Of a stretch of DNA of 32,000 bases, positions 18,907-27,905 are shown piece by piece. The stretch comes from Candidatus Thorarchaeota archaeon (GTDB lineage Archaea > Asgardarchaeota > Heimdallarchaeia > Hodarchaeales > Hodarchaeaceae): contig JBHLRO010000010.1 in NCBI GenBank assembly GCA_048882505.1, forward strand, positions 60,001-92,000. The letters are read 5' to 3'. The position numbers and the translations under genes were made by a program. The notes below the pieces were generated by a model, which was not told the DNA's origin, ran no database searches, and saw only the letters and a program-made list of their open reading frames with translations. The stretch's first letter is position 1; the number at the start of each line of letters is the position of its first letter.

Positions 18907-19887
18907 TTAGGCAAAATCTGAAGTATATGAATGTGCTAATTCGAAATATCTCACGGACATCTCGAGCTGCTTTTGTTTTTCCTCCTCATTCGTTTCATTG
19001 GTCGCCTGAAATCCATACACTTTGCCCCGAACATACGCTCTATACGACTTAAAGAAGGCAATATTTTCTTCCAGCATTTCATCTCCACTATGCTCGATAT
19101 ATGCGCCAACAAATGTTTTAGAGAGGGCAGGTTCACCCCAGTAGTCGATATCCATAGCTAGAAATCCAACGTCCTCAGCAACATCCCCGTACCGTAATAA
19201 AGGGTTGAATTCGATACAATCAAAGATTCTAACCTCATCTTCGGGTAAAAGGAAGATATTATGGCTTTGAAGATCACCATGGTTGTCAGTAATTCGGCCC
19301 TCGTTGATACGTTCCTGGAAGAGGCCCCGATTACCTAACATGAATCCTTCAACTTTTCGCCGAAAATCTGGATCTATTTTACGAAACTGCGAGGTTGTCC
19401 GAAAATTCTCATCCCATTTCTCTTCTATGAATTTAAGGTGACCCCACTCTGGAACCTTTTCAGCCTTATTATGAAACTCCGCTAAGCTAAGTGCGATTTT
19501 ACGGATAGCACTCGTTGTCACTTTTTTTTCTGCCAAGAGGTTACTCATAAGGCATTTTTCGGGAAGTTGTTTCATTAGGACTCCGTACTCAATAACCTCG
19601 TCTTTTCCATTAATTATACCCTCTTTATCAATTGTGAATGTACCTAAATAGATATCGGGCGAAAAACGTGAATTTAACTCAACTTCCTTTTCACAGAACT
19701 TTTTCCTAAGTTCTAAAGTGGAGAAATCCAGAATATCTCCAAATTTCACTTCTTTTTTAATTTTATAAGCGAAATTTCCAGTTAAAAAAACCCAGGACAC
19801 ATGGGTTTCTCGTACCACAATTTCATCTTCAATTGAATGCGGATATGCTTTCGGAGAAGTAAGTAAGTCAGGATTAAAGCCTTGCAA
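18907..19887 (-). CDS. COG2187-type aminoglycoside-phosphotransferase-like kinase
   Basis: ETHVSWVFLTG, AYKIKK, DFSTLELRK, HGDLQSHNI, FDCIEFN, DVAEDVGFLAMD, YRAYVRGKV. Confidence 0.88.
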   Translation of the reverse strand: MQGFNPDLLTSPKAYPHSIEDEIVVRETHVSWVFLTGNFAYKIKKEVKFGDILDFSTLELRKKFCEKEVELNSRFSPDIYLGTFTIDKEGIINGKDEVIEYGVLMKQLPEKCLMSNLLAEKKVTTSAIRKIALSLAEFHNKAEKVPEWGHLKFIEEKWDENFRTTSQFRKIDPDFRRKVEGFMLGNRGLFQERINEGRITDNHGDLQSHNIFLLPEDEVRIFDCIEFNPLLRYGDVAEDVGFLAMDIDYWGEPALSKTFVGAYIEHSGDEMLEENIAFFKSYRAYVRGKVYGFQATNETNEEEKQKQLEMSVRYFELAHSYTSDFA

Positions 19888-20422
19888 GCCGCTTCTTCAC
19901 TTCCTCTAAGATCGGGGTGGGATCGAGTTCTGTGTTCACGATGAGACGTTCGCGCTTGAGAGGTTCAAATTGCTCTTTTATCTTGAGATAGATTCCGAAA
20001 TCCGCGTCACTGGCCGATTCCTCCTGTCGAATCCTTTTTTCGAGCCTAGCTTTTACAATCTCTTCAGAACATCTCGTTTCGATAAGTATAATGCCTTGAT
20101 TCAATCGCTCACAGATGCTGAAAAATTGTTTCCGTTTTTTTTGTGTGTAAAAAGTTCCATCGATGATGAGGACATGGTTTAATCCGAGCAAGAGCTCCCC
20201 AATAAACAATAGTATTTGATACACCAGATCCCTACTGGCGGTTGAATAAATGCCTACATCGTATTCACCAGGATCCGCACGAACAGTCGATGGTTGAAAG
20301 ATATTCCTTCTAATACTATCTGTACTCAAGTAGATGACATCTTCGGGCAGAAAAGTTTGGAGCTTACGAGCAAAAGTAGTTTTTCCTGTTCCGGGAAGTC
20401 CGACTATCAATATAAGCGGCAA
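19874..20422 (-). CDS. COG0645 / AAA_33 P-loop small-molecule kinase
   Basis: GLPGTGKTT, STDSIRR, IIDGTF, RLEKR and SDAD motifs; overlaps the next gene by 14 nt. Confidence 0.88.
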   Translation of the reverse strand: MPLILIVGLPGTGKTTFARKLQTFLPEDVIYLSTDSIRRNIFQPSTVRADPGEYDVGIYSTASRDLVYQILLFIGELLLGLNHVLIIDGTFYTQKKRKQFFSICERLNQGIILIETRCSEEIVKARLEKRIRQEESASDADFGIYLKIKEQFEPLKRERLIVNTELDPTPILEEVKKRLARL

Positions 20423-20464
20423 ATGCGTTCCTCTTTAGTCTCAAAAGCAAAAAGGCCCTCAAAC

Positions 20465-20830
20465 TCAGGTGCCGCCGCTATCAAAGCTCCAGACTGTAAA
20501 GTTTTGAAAATCAATGAATTCTAATCCCCGTGCCCAAAATTCATTCCGAAAAGCGACTTTGAGCCGATTAATGATAATCGGTCGTTTTTCATCAAGTTCC
20601 TCTATTGCCAAGTCCTTAAGCATTGAATTTATAGTTTGTTGAATAATGAAATTTAATAATGTGTTGACCACGGGTAATTCCAGCTCTCCTTCCGTGACTT
20701 CACGTAATCGTTCAAGATCTATAACATGATAAGATAAGGATCCCGAAAATTCTAATTCGTAACCCCTGCTAGACAACAAAGTATAGCTTATAGGGAGATT
20801 ATAGATTGCGTGCTGTATGATGCCGTTCAT
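20465..20830 (-). CDS. SPFH/Band-7-like core domain protein, probably split or truncated
   Basis: FSGSLSYHVID...IIQQTINSML...IEELDEKRPIIINRL...RGLEFIDFQ matches the SPFH core pattern; no TM anchor or coiled coil. A 36-aa ORF (20937-20827) overlaps its ATG. Confidence 0.55.
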   Translation of the reverse strand: MNGIIQHAIYNLPISYTLLSSRGYELEFSGSLSYHVIDLERLREVTEGELELPVVNTLLNFIIQQTINSMLKDLAIEELDEKRPIIINRLKVAFRNEFWARGLEFIDFQNFTVWSFDSGGT

Positions 20831-21007
20831 TCTAGTTCAACTAAGACTTTTTTGCTTATTGTTAACAAATTAGATTGGCCAACGTGGTCATGTTCCGTCA
20901 CTGTCAATCTTTCACTCTGGGGGAACAGAATAAGCATGTCTTCTTTCACTTCGGTGGTTCTACTACTGAAGGTGTTTGTATCTTTATCAAGTTTCTGGAG
21001 ATAGCTT

Positions 21008-21346
21008 TCAGTTGGGAACTATATCAACAAACATAAAACGGTCGACTTCAACTAGACCTTTATCTGTCAGTTTTAAATGCGGGATTACTGGGAGCACAAG
21101 GATGGAAATCGTCATAAGGGGATCCTTAAGCTTGGTAAATGTAGTAGAAAGCATTTCCTTTAATCTACGACTCACTTGTTGGTATGACTCAATCCTTACA
21201 AGTCCTGCAAAAGGTAGACTGAGGATTTTTTCAGATCCGTCTATCATGACCACGTATCCGCCATCGATTTTGACGGTTTTCTGTCTAGCACGCATCATGC
21301 TAAAAGGATCGGTTCCACTTACAATAAGATCTCTAACCAAGAACAA
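21008..21346 (-). pseudogene. ade: C-terminal remnant of adenine deaminase
   Basis: GGYVV...LSLPFAGL...DPLMTISILVLPVIPHLKLTDKGLVEV is the adenine deaminase C-terminal signature. The amidohydrolase domain is absent and an in-frame TAA lies just upstream. Confidence 0.8.
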
Positions 21347-21427
21347 GAGATTAATTCTATAAGCTTAGATTGGGATAGATCCACGTTACCAACGCGTCCA
21401 ATCCTGATAGGATCGGATTAACTCAAT

Positions 21428-22291
21428 CTATGAAAACATTTCCCTTGCGAGGTGTGCCATTTCTTCTGCCGTTATTGACTTTCTTTCCTTTATGTGAACT
21501 TTAGTCAGATTCTCGTGTTTTTCTAGGTCAAAATACTCCTCAAAATTCTCGATGAGTGCCTGTTTAGCCATAAGTGGAAGCGTTAGTCTTAAAAACGCCT
21601 TATTCCTTTCGGATGTTTGGTTCATGTTATAATTAACAATGGAAATGAGATCTTCAGTTCGGGTGATGAGTTTTTTGAAGTCACTCCCGATTATATTGAT
21701 CACTGCCTCATCGCTATCTAGATCCCTTCGTCTCTCGAATAATCCATTCATTGTGTCTGTCATGGGTTTTAATACATTATCTATGAAGGTAGCCAAAGAA
21801 TTTTCCAGTTGTTCCTCAAAATCGATGTTTAACAAGCCTTCTAAGGCTACGATATAATCTCTTCTCATTGGTTTCAGTTCAGCGACATTAGGATACAATT
21901 CTCTGGTAGTTCCCCTTATAGAAATGGGATATCGATCTCCCCTCCAAAATTCACCGAATCCAACCTCAGGGGGCTCATTACTAATGAGCGTGTAACCCCC
22001 AATCTTCAAAGCTAACATTTCCAAAAATTCAATTGTGATTAAGGGCATTAATTCAAGTGGAAACTCTTCATGTCCATCTCCTGGATCTATCCGTTTATGG
22101 ACATCTTTTAGGGGAGTGTTGAAAGTAACTATCTCATAAGGTCGAGATTGCCCGTTTATCTCCAGGAAGACGGTTATCTTCTCTGGTGTAACTTGGATTT
22201 GCTTAAGAGTTTCTAGTCCTTCAATGGAAAGTTCCAATTTTTCGCTGCCGTCAATTTTGATAGGCGGAAATAGGGTTAAAAACACAATCAT
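21428..22291 (-). CDS. Hypothetical protein, 287 aa
   Basis: Long ORF with ATG after SD GAGGTG; no motif recognised. Confidence 0.8.
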   Translation of the reverse strand: MIVFLTLFPPIKIDGSEKLELSIEGLETLKQIQVTPEKITVFLEINGQSRPYEIVTFNTPLKDVHKRIDPGDGHEEFPLELMPLITIEFLEMLALKIGGYTLISNEPPEVGFGEFWRGDRYPISIRGTTRELYPNVAELKPMRRDYIVALEGLLNIDFEEQLENSLATFIDNVLKPMTDTMNGLFERRRDLDSDEAVINIIGSDFKKLITRTEDLISIVNYNMNQTSERNKAFLRLTLPLMAKQALIENFEEYFDLEKHENLTKVHIKERKSITAEEMAHLAREMFS

Positions 22292-22648
22292 GCACCTCTC
22301 GTGTGTTCAAAAGTTGGCAAATGAGACTCCAGTGGAAATAATCCTTTTTATTGGGATATAAGTATGATAAGCATGAGGCGTAGCCAATGCTTAATTAGCC
22401 TTTTCAAGCTGGATTGAAGTAGTAGATGGTTACAAATCCGATACAAAAGATCACATTCTGGATTTCAAACGTGGAATTTGATAATTGCGGCCGATCGGAG
22501 GATGATTCGTAACTCATAATTATCGTTGATTTTTAATATTGGTGTCTTCTGCAGAGGAATGCAGTGGTCGAGGTGGTAAACAACAAGTCATCATCAGGAG
22601 GCGATCCTGAATGCTTTCACTTCTTTAAACTAAATAGAAGGTAATTAG

Positions 22649-22684
22649 AAAAAAAAGGATAGAAAGACGCTTGGTTTCTATCCT
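22649..22684 (-). terminator. Hairpin plus U-tract intrinsic terminator after trpB2
   Basis: 10-bp perfect stem AGGATAGAAA / TTTCTATCCT with a 9-nt loop, running into a T8 tract on the minus strand, starting 9 nt after the stop codon. Confidence 0.8.
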
Positions 22685-22692
22685 ATGTTTCT

Positions 22693-24063
22693 TCAAAACT
22701 GAGGGATCTGTTCGAGAGACTTGATGATCTGCGTTTTATCGATTTGATATTCAGGCAATTTTTCGGCCAAGAATTCTTTATAACCCAGTAAATCCAGCAA
22801 ACCATGACCAGATAGGTTAAAAACAATCGTGACCTCGTTCTCAGTAATTTTTCGGGCATGATCAATAGCAGATGCAACAGCATGAGCCGATTCTGGTGCA
22901 GGGACTATCCCTTCGCTTTTCGCAAACAAACGCGCAGCTTCAAAGATCTTCATCTGGTCATAGGCTTCAGCCTCAATTTGATGGTGTTTGAGGAGATGAG
23001 TTACCATCGGCGCACATCCATGATAACGAAGACCCCCAGCATGTATAGGAGCTGGAATGAACTTATGCCCAAGGGTATGCATGTACATCAGCGGGGTCAT
23101 TTGGCCCGTATCTCCAAAATCGTAGGAAATATGTCCTTGTGTAAGTTTGGGAGCAGCAGTTGACTCTACCGCAATAGATCGAAGTTCAGGATTATTGCCA
23201 CGCAGCTTATCACGGATGAACGGAAAAGCAAAACCACCGAAATTCGAACCTCCGCCGAGACAGCCGATCAGAATATCTGCGGTCTCATCTATCTGCGCCA
23301 GCTGTTGACGTGTCTCTTGGCCAATGATTGTTTGATGAAGGAGAACATGATTAAGAACTGAACCAAGAGAATACTTGGTATTTTCACTTCTTACTACACT
23401 TTCAATTGATTCCGAAATAGCTGTTCCTAGGGATCCAGGGTGGTCGGGATGCTCTGAAAGAATTTTCTTACCGACATCGGTATGCACTGAGGGCGATGGA
23501 TGTACCGTGGCACCATATAGTTCCATAAGGGTTCGTCGAAAGGGCTTTTGTTCATAAGAAACTTTTACCATGAACACCTCAATATCCAAATCAAAAAATG
23601 TGCCAGCATAGGCAAGTGCTGTGCCCCACTGTCCTGCTCCTGTCTCTGTGACAAGTTTTTCGGTACCTTCTCTAGCATTATAGTAGGCTTGAGCAATTGC
23701 AGTGTTGGGTTTGTGGGAACCAGGGGGACTAACACCTTCATATTTGTAGAAAATCTTCGCTGAAGTTTTCAATACCTTCTCTAGCCGAGTCGCACGGAAT
23801 AATGGTGTCGGGCGATATCGTCGGTAAATTTCAAGAACCTCTTCAGGAATAGGAATCAGAGGATCCATTGACACTTCCTGCTTAATAAGTTCCATAGGAA
23901 ACAGGGGAACAAGATCCTCAGGCCCTACGGGTTTTTTTGTAGCTGGATTCAACGGTGGGTTCATTGACGGCTTGCCTGGTATTTGTGAAAAATCTGAAAG
24001 GATATTGAGAAAATTTCTCGGGATATCCTCGATATTCAGATCGATTCGTTGGGGGTTTTTCAT
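22693..24063 (-). CDS. trpB2: Tryptophan synthase beta-like PLP enzyme, type 2
   Basis: [12 protein letters not shown]-lysine [49 protein letters not shown]; SD AGGTGA. Confidence 0.95.
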   Translation of the reverse strand: MKNPQRIDLNIEDIPRNFLNILSDFSQIPGKPSMNPPLNPATKKPVGPEDLVPLFPMELIKQEVSMDPLIPIPEEVLEIYRRYRPTPLFRATRLEKVLKTSAKIFYKYEGVSPPGSHKPNTAIAQAYYNAREGTEKLVTETGAGQWGTALAYAGTFFDLDIEVFMVKVSYEQKPFRRTLMELYGATVHPSPSVHTDVGKKILSEHPDHPGSLGTAISESIESVVRSENTKYSLGSVLNHVLLHQTIIGQETRQQLAQIDETADILIGCLGGGSNFGGFAFPFIRDKLRGNNPELRSIAVESTAAPKLTQGHISYDFGDTGQMTPLMYMHTLGHKFIPAPIHAGGLRYHGCAPMVTHLLKHHQIEAEAYDQMKIFEAARLFAKSEGIVPAPESAHAVASAIDHARKITENEVTIVFNLSGHGLLDLLGYKEFLAEKLPEYQIDKTQIIKSLEQIPQF

Positions 24064-24136
24064 TTTTTCACCTTTATTACGTTACATTGCATTTTTTAGG
24101 TTTTCTTAGATGACAGATCTATTGAGTTCGAAATAG

Positions 24137-24154
24137 TAGGGCGTATTTGCCCTA
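24137..24154. promoter_or_regulatory. Short inverted repeat upstream of trpB2
   Basis: TAGGGC-gtattt-GCCCTA, about 75-90 nt upstream of the start codon. Confidence 0.25.
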
Positions 24155-24572
24155 GCTGATCGTATAACGCTTCCAAAAATAATTATCCAGCCTAATATCA
24201 AAAAAAAATAGATATTTGCTGGGTAAGGGCCCTATTTCTCGTGCCACCAGCGCCAAGAGGGGACAAAATCAGTCGGCGCCGAACAAAACATGTCAAGAAA
24301 AGATGTGTTCGTATAGAAATTGAGACTGACACGCTCTGAAATGTATTTTCCTATTGTAACCAACCCCCGTCGAATTTCCTCTGACAAACAACTAAAGAAA
24401 GCCAAAACAGCCAAGGTGGCTGGTGATTTTCCTTCATTTGCCGAAGTTATCGCCAGTCCCGGAACATACCAACCACGCTACTACTTCAAACAGAGAATTG
24501 ATCTGCGATCGATTTGTTGTTTAGCGATTCTTATATGCATTATTGTGCGTGAAATGGAACTGAATAGCAGAT

Positions 24573-26438
24573 TTAGTCATTATCGGGTGATAACAGGTCA
24601 GCAAGACCGCTTGTTTTAAGCCAGTTCTGATCTTCCTTGGCCATTCGGGAAAATAAGTGATCTTTGACATCAACATTCCCTTTCAATTGAACTACGGACA
24701 TAATTCTGATAAGATCTCGAATTTTAGACGTTGTCTCGGATAATGACAATTCTAGGATACGTTCCGTGAACCAAGGTTCGAGACTTTTGGTTCGTTTCTT
24801 CTGTAACCATCGAAAATTGGCATCAAAGCAGATCGTCACACCATAATCGGATGGATTACGTTGAATCCGACCATGCGCCTGTTGAATAGAGACTAGAACG
24901 CTATTTTCTATAAAACTGGGGTATTTCTTCGACTTATACTGGATTATAGGGTCTGCCATCATTGGAAACGGTAGTTTGGGAATTAAGCAAAAGCGGGCCA
25001 AATCATCGTCAAGTGAGATTCCTTCCCAAGTGGATGGGGAGATCAGGACATCTCCTCTTTGTTGTGAGATAAAATGCTTAACTGCCTCATCTGACTTACC
25101 TGCAGTATGCGAAACCACATTAAGCTTTTCATCCCGGGCTAATTTCTCCATATGAGACGCTAGTTCGAAACTAGATGCCAAGACAAGTCCTCGTAACTTT
25201 TCTTGGCGGGCAAGTTTGAAGAACGGGGTAGTTTGGCTTGTAAGAATTCTAAACGAGTCTTTCTTCTTCTCTTTGGTGGCCGTGGATAACCGATGCGCCT
25301 CTTTCAGCAAAACAAAAGGGTGGTTCTCCTTTTTGAAAGCAGAAGATTCCTTGATAAAACAACAATACTCGGTATTCAATCCCAGAAGTTTAGCTAAATA
25401 TTCACCATCGCCAATTGTAGCAGACATGAAGAGATTCTTGCTTCCTTTAAATAGTTTGGAAAAAATGAATGAGATATCAAATGGTTGAGCAATGAAACGC
25501 AAAGAATTAGGTTGAGTTGAACCCTGTACTCGTTGGAAGATGAAACGCAGATCGGAAGCCTGTGGATTTTCGATTAATTCAGTAATCGAGTGGATCAGCT
25601 CCGTGATTCTCGCGAGTTCCCTAAGTGATTCGGGTTCCTGGACTCCAGATTGGGCATCAAGCGTAATGGCTGCTTCTCTCTCGCGTTGTTCCAGAACTTC
25701 TTGAAGATCTCGAAGAAACCTCAACCCCTCTTTAAGCGGGAGAAAGGCATACTTACTCTTAGTCAGTTTATTTTTTTCCCATGCTCGAAATTGATCAATA
25801 AGACCCTGGTCACGACATACATTTACTAATAATGACCTTCTGATCTCTACGCGAACCAGAGATTCGAGATTTAGAAGATTGTGCGCCTCATCGAAGATCC
25901 GGAATGCGGCTTTTGCTTCCCCGAGGTCAACGTACTTGAACACCCACCAATTAAGGATTCGCACCTTGGCCATTCGGATTTGACGGCGAGCTTCCAGTAA
26001 TTCACATCGGGATCGTTCTCGGCATGTTTTCGCATATTCGTAATCGAAAGCGCAGGGAGCAAAATTGGAACCAGATTTAACAATAGGGCAATAGTACGCA
26101 CTCCTCCCCTTCAAAATGGCTACGGAAAAAGCGTTGCGTTTCCCATATTGTTTTAGGATATTAAGCCAGAAGTCCTGGTGCGTTCGACGGGAAACCAGAA
26201 TGTCAATTTTTTCTGAATAGCCTGTGTTCTTCAGATAATCCGACAAAAGACACGCTGCCAAGTCAGTTTTGCCCGAGCCCGTTGGAAGAGCGCAAAAAAA
26301 CGAATGAAACTGCTTCCAATTCTGTTGAATCTTATCATACGTTCGCTGCTGTTGCGGTCGAACAGATGGATGAATGATGAGCTCCGAGATGGGGGTGTAC
26401 TGGTTCATTTTGATCCCTGGGTCAACTATCCATCCCAC
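24573..26438 (-). CDS. XPD/Rad3/DinG-family SF2 helicase with a putative 4Fe-4S domain; alternative start ATG 26408
   Basis: Q-motif RPQQ, Walker A LPTGSGKT, DEAHN, MSAT, WEGISL...KLPFP, QQAHGRIQR...DYG; four Cys in YYCP-x-APC-x-TC-x-RC. Confidence 0.9.
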   Translation of the reverse strand: MGWIVDPGIKMNQYTPISELIIHPSVRPQQQRTYDKIQQNWKQFHSFFCALPTGSGKTDLAACLLSDYLKNTGYSEKIDILVSRRTHQDFWLNILKQYGKRNAFSVAILKGRSAYYCPIVKSGSNFAPCAFDYEYAKTCRERSRCELLEARRQIRMAKVRILNWWVFKYVDLGEAKAAFRIFDEAHNLLNLESLVRVEIRRSLLVNVCRDQGLIDQFRAWEKNKLTKSKYAFLPLKEGLRFLRDLQEVLEQREREAAITLDAQSGVQEPESLRELARITELIHSITELIENPQASDLRFIFQRVQGSTQPNSLRFIAQPFDISFIFSKLFKGSKNLFMSATIGDGEYLAKLLGLNTEYCCFIKESSAFKKENHPFVLLKEAHRLSTATKEKKKDSFRILTSQTTPFFKLARQEKLRGLVLASSFELASHMEKLARDEKLNVVSHTAGKSDEAVKHFISQQRGDVLISPSTWEGISLDDDLARFCLIPKLPFPMMADPIIQYKSKKYPSFIENSVLVSIQQAHGRIQRNPSDYGVTICFDANFRWLQKKRTKSLEPWFTERILELSLSETTSKIRDLIRIMSVVQLKGNVDVKDHLFSRMAKEDQNWLKTSGLADLLSPDND

Positions 26439-27123
26439 GAAACCGATCTTTTAAACGATTAAACAGAGACTTTTTTCGTTCTAATTCTTCGATTTTTTCT
26501 GTAACCGTTTCATCCCGATAGTGTATAGCTTTTAGGTGAGACAATGCTTCTTTTTTCTCTCCTTGTGCCAGAAAATATTCTGCCAGTATTTTGTTCGTCT
26601 CGGGGTCATTAGGATTTAATTTTTGGCTATGTCTCAGTTCGATTAGCGCTTCTTCCTTGTCACCCCTTCTGAACAGAATAAGTCCCAAGTATCTAAATGC
26701 CTGTGGAAACTCAGGTTTAAGTTTTATGGCTTCTTCGAAACGCTGAGTAGCGCCTTCTAGGTCATCTTGGTCATACAAAATTCGGCCAGTGTTGAAAAGC
26801 GCCCATTCATTTTCTTCTACCAGATTACTTAAATCATAATAGTCTAGGGCCCTGAGTTCCTCGCCCATTGCATGATAGTAGTTACCAAGACGAACAAGTA
26901 GTCTTTGATCAAGTATTTCCTCCGCAGAATGCAAATTGGATCGAACTTCCGCTAAGTGGTTTTCAAATTTTTCAATCAGAAATGCTACCTGTTCTCGTTC
27001 TTGCGGGGTAATTTCATCGAATGTAGATGCGCTTTGTAGCTCCTGAGTTAACCCCATGCGGTCAAAAGTGCCCGAAAGACTTGATTGGAGTCGATATAAT
27101 TCTTGGTATTCTGGCATTACCAT
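26422..27123 (-). CDS. Tetratricopeptide-repeat protein
   Basis: TPR-pattern helices (WALFNTGRILY...FEEAIKLKPEFPQAFRYLG...SQKLNPNDPETNKILA); adjacent to or overlapping the helicase start. Confidence 0.88.
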   Translation of the reverse strand: MVMPEYQELYRLQSSLSGTFDRMGLTQELQSASTFDEITPQEREQVAFLIEKFENHLAEVRSNLHSAEEILDQRLLVRLGNYYHAMGEELRALDYYDLSNLVEENEWALFNTGRILYDQDDLEGATQRFEEAIKLKPEFPQAFRYLGLILFRRGDKEEALIELRHSQKLNPNDPETNKILAEYFLAQGEKKEALSHLKAIHYRDETVTEKIEELERKKSLFNRLKDRFRGMDS

Positions 27124-27143
27124 CTAATCGTCTGGCTACACGA

Positions 27144-27154
27144 TTTTATTTAAA
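27144..27154 (-). promoter_or_regulatory. TATA box of the TPR-helicase unit; transcript probably leaderless
   Basis: TTTAAATAAAA on the minus strand begins 31 nt before ATG 27123; no SD between them. Confidence 0.55.
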
Positions 27155-27338
27155 GTCTTAGGAAATTAGTTCTTAATAATGGGCATTGAAGCGGGATGCT
27201 CTCCTACTAGCAGAGTTATAAACGGAAGAAATAGATATAATGATTTTGGGTCTCAAGCCTAATTGAACAAACATTCGGACGCAACGCGTGAGTTTATTCC
27301 TCTCGGTATTGGTCCGTTTAGAAAAAGGTTTGAATTCC

Positions 27339-27599
27339 ATGGTTACCGCTATTGTGCTGTTGTGCGTAATCCCAGGGGAAGAATATCGCGTTCAAGAAGA
27401 ACTTCGCAAGTTGGGAGAAGTCGAGAAGGCGTCTATCACTTTTGGTGAATATGATCTCTTCTTAGAGGTACAAGTGCCTAAGATAAAACTACTAGGACCG
27501 CTTATTAGTCGAAAGATCAGACAAATCGAGGGAGTAAAGAAAACTGTGACATTGATTCAGATTAACCAGAACTTTGGAGAACAAAATTCTTCAATTTGA
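27339..27599 (+). CDS. Stand-alone Lrp/AsnC ligand-binding (RAM) domain protein
   Basis: MVTAIVLL...EVEKASITFGEYDLFLEV...IRQIEGVKKTVTLI; no HTH; ATG 27339 follows SD AGGT. Confidence 0.88.
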   Translation: MVTAIVLLCVIPGEEYRVQEELRKLGEVEKASITFGEYDLFLEVQVPKIKLLGPLISRKIRQIEGVKKTVTLIQINQNFGEQNSSI

Positions 27600-27839
27600 G
27601 ACTGATACGGACTTCTGATCCTTTTTGGAAAGAAACACTCCAGGTTGTTCCACGAACACATTCCCATCTTGTCTAAGGGAAATATTCACTTACCTTGCGT
27701 TAATGCTTCCTGTCTTAATACTGCTCTGGTATTGTCGCCAAGATCGCTATTGCCGTATATTGATTGATGTATAACTGGTTTTTTTATACATCCTTTAGCT
27801 AGACTTTCCTTTTTAGGATTGCTGGAATAACACACTGAT

Positions 27840-27854
27840 CTGATTTAAAATCAG
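27840..27854. promoter_or_regulatory. Palindromic candidate operator upstream of the CopZ-N-like gene
   Basis: CTGATTT-A-AAATCAG perfect inverted repeat; a second AAATCAG half-site lies about 30 nt downstream. Confidence 0.4.
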
Positions 27855-27905
27855 GGCGAAGTAGTAGCTGCCAAAAGTGATGAAATCAGTGGGAAAATAT
27901 TTTAT

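Noticed and set aside
20827-20860. Programmed -1 frameshift at the A6G run joining the 36-aa ORF to the SPFH ORF
   Set aside because: The -1 frame has a TGA between the A-run and ATG 20830, so slippage there would terminate.
24573-26438. Helicase as type IV CRISPR CasDinG
   Set aside because: No csf/cas genes or array in the window; neighbours are TPR and trpB2.
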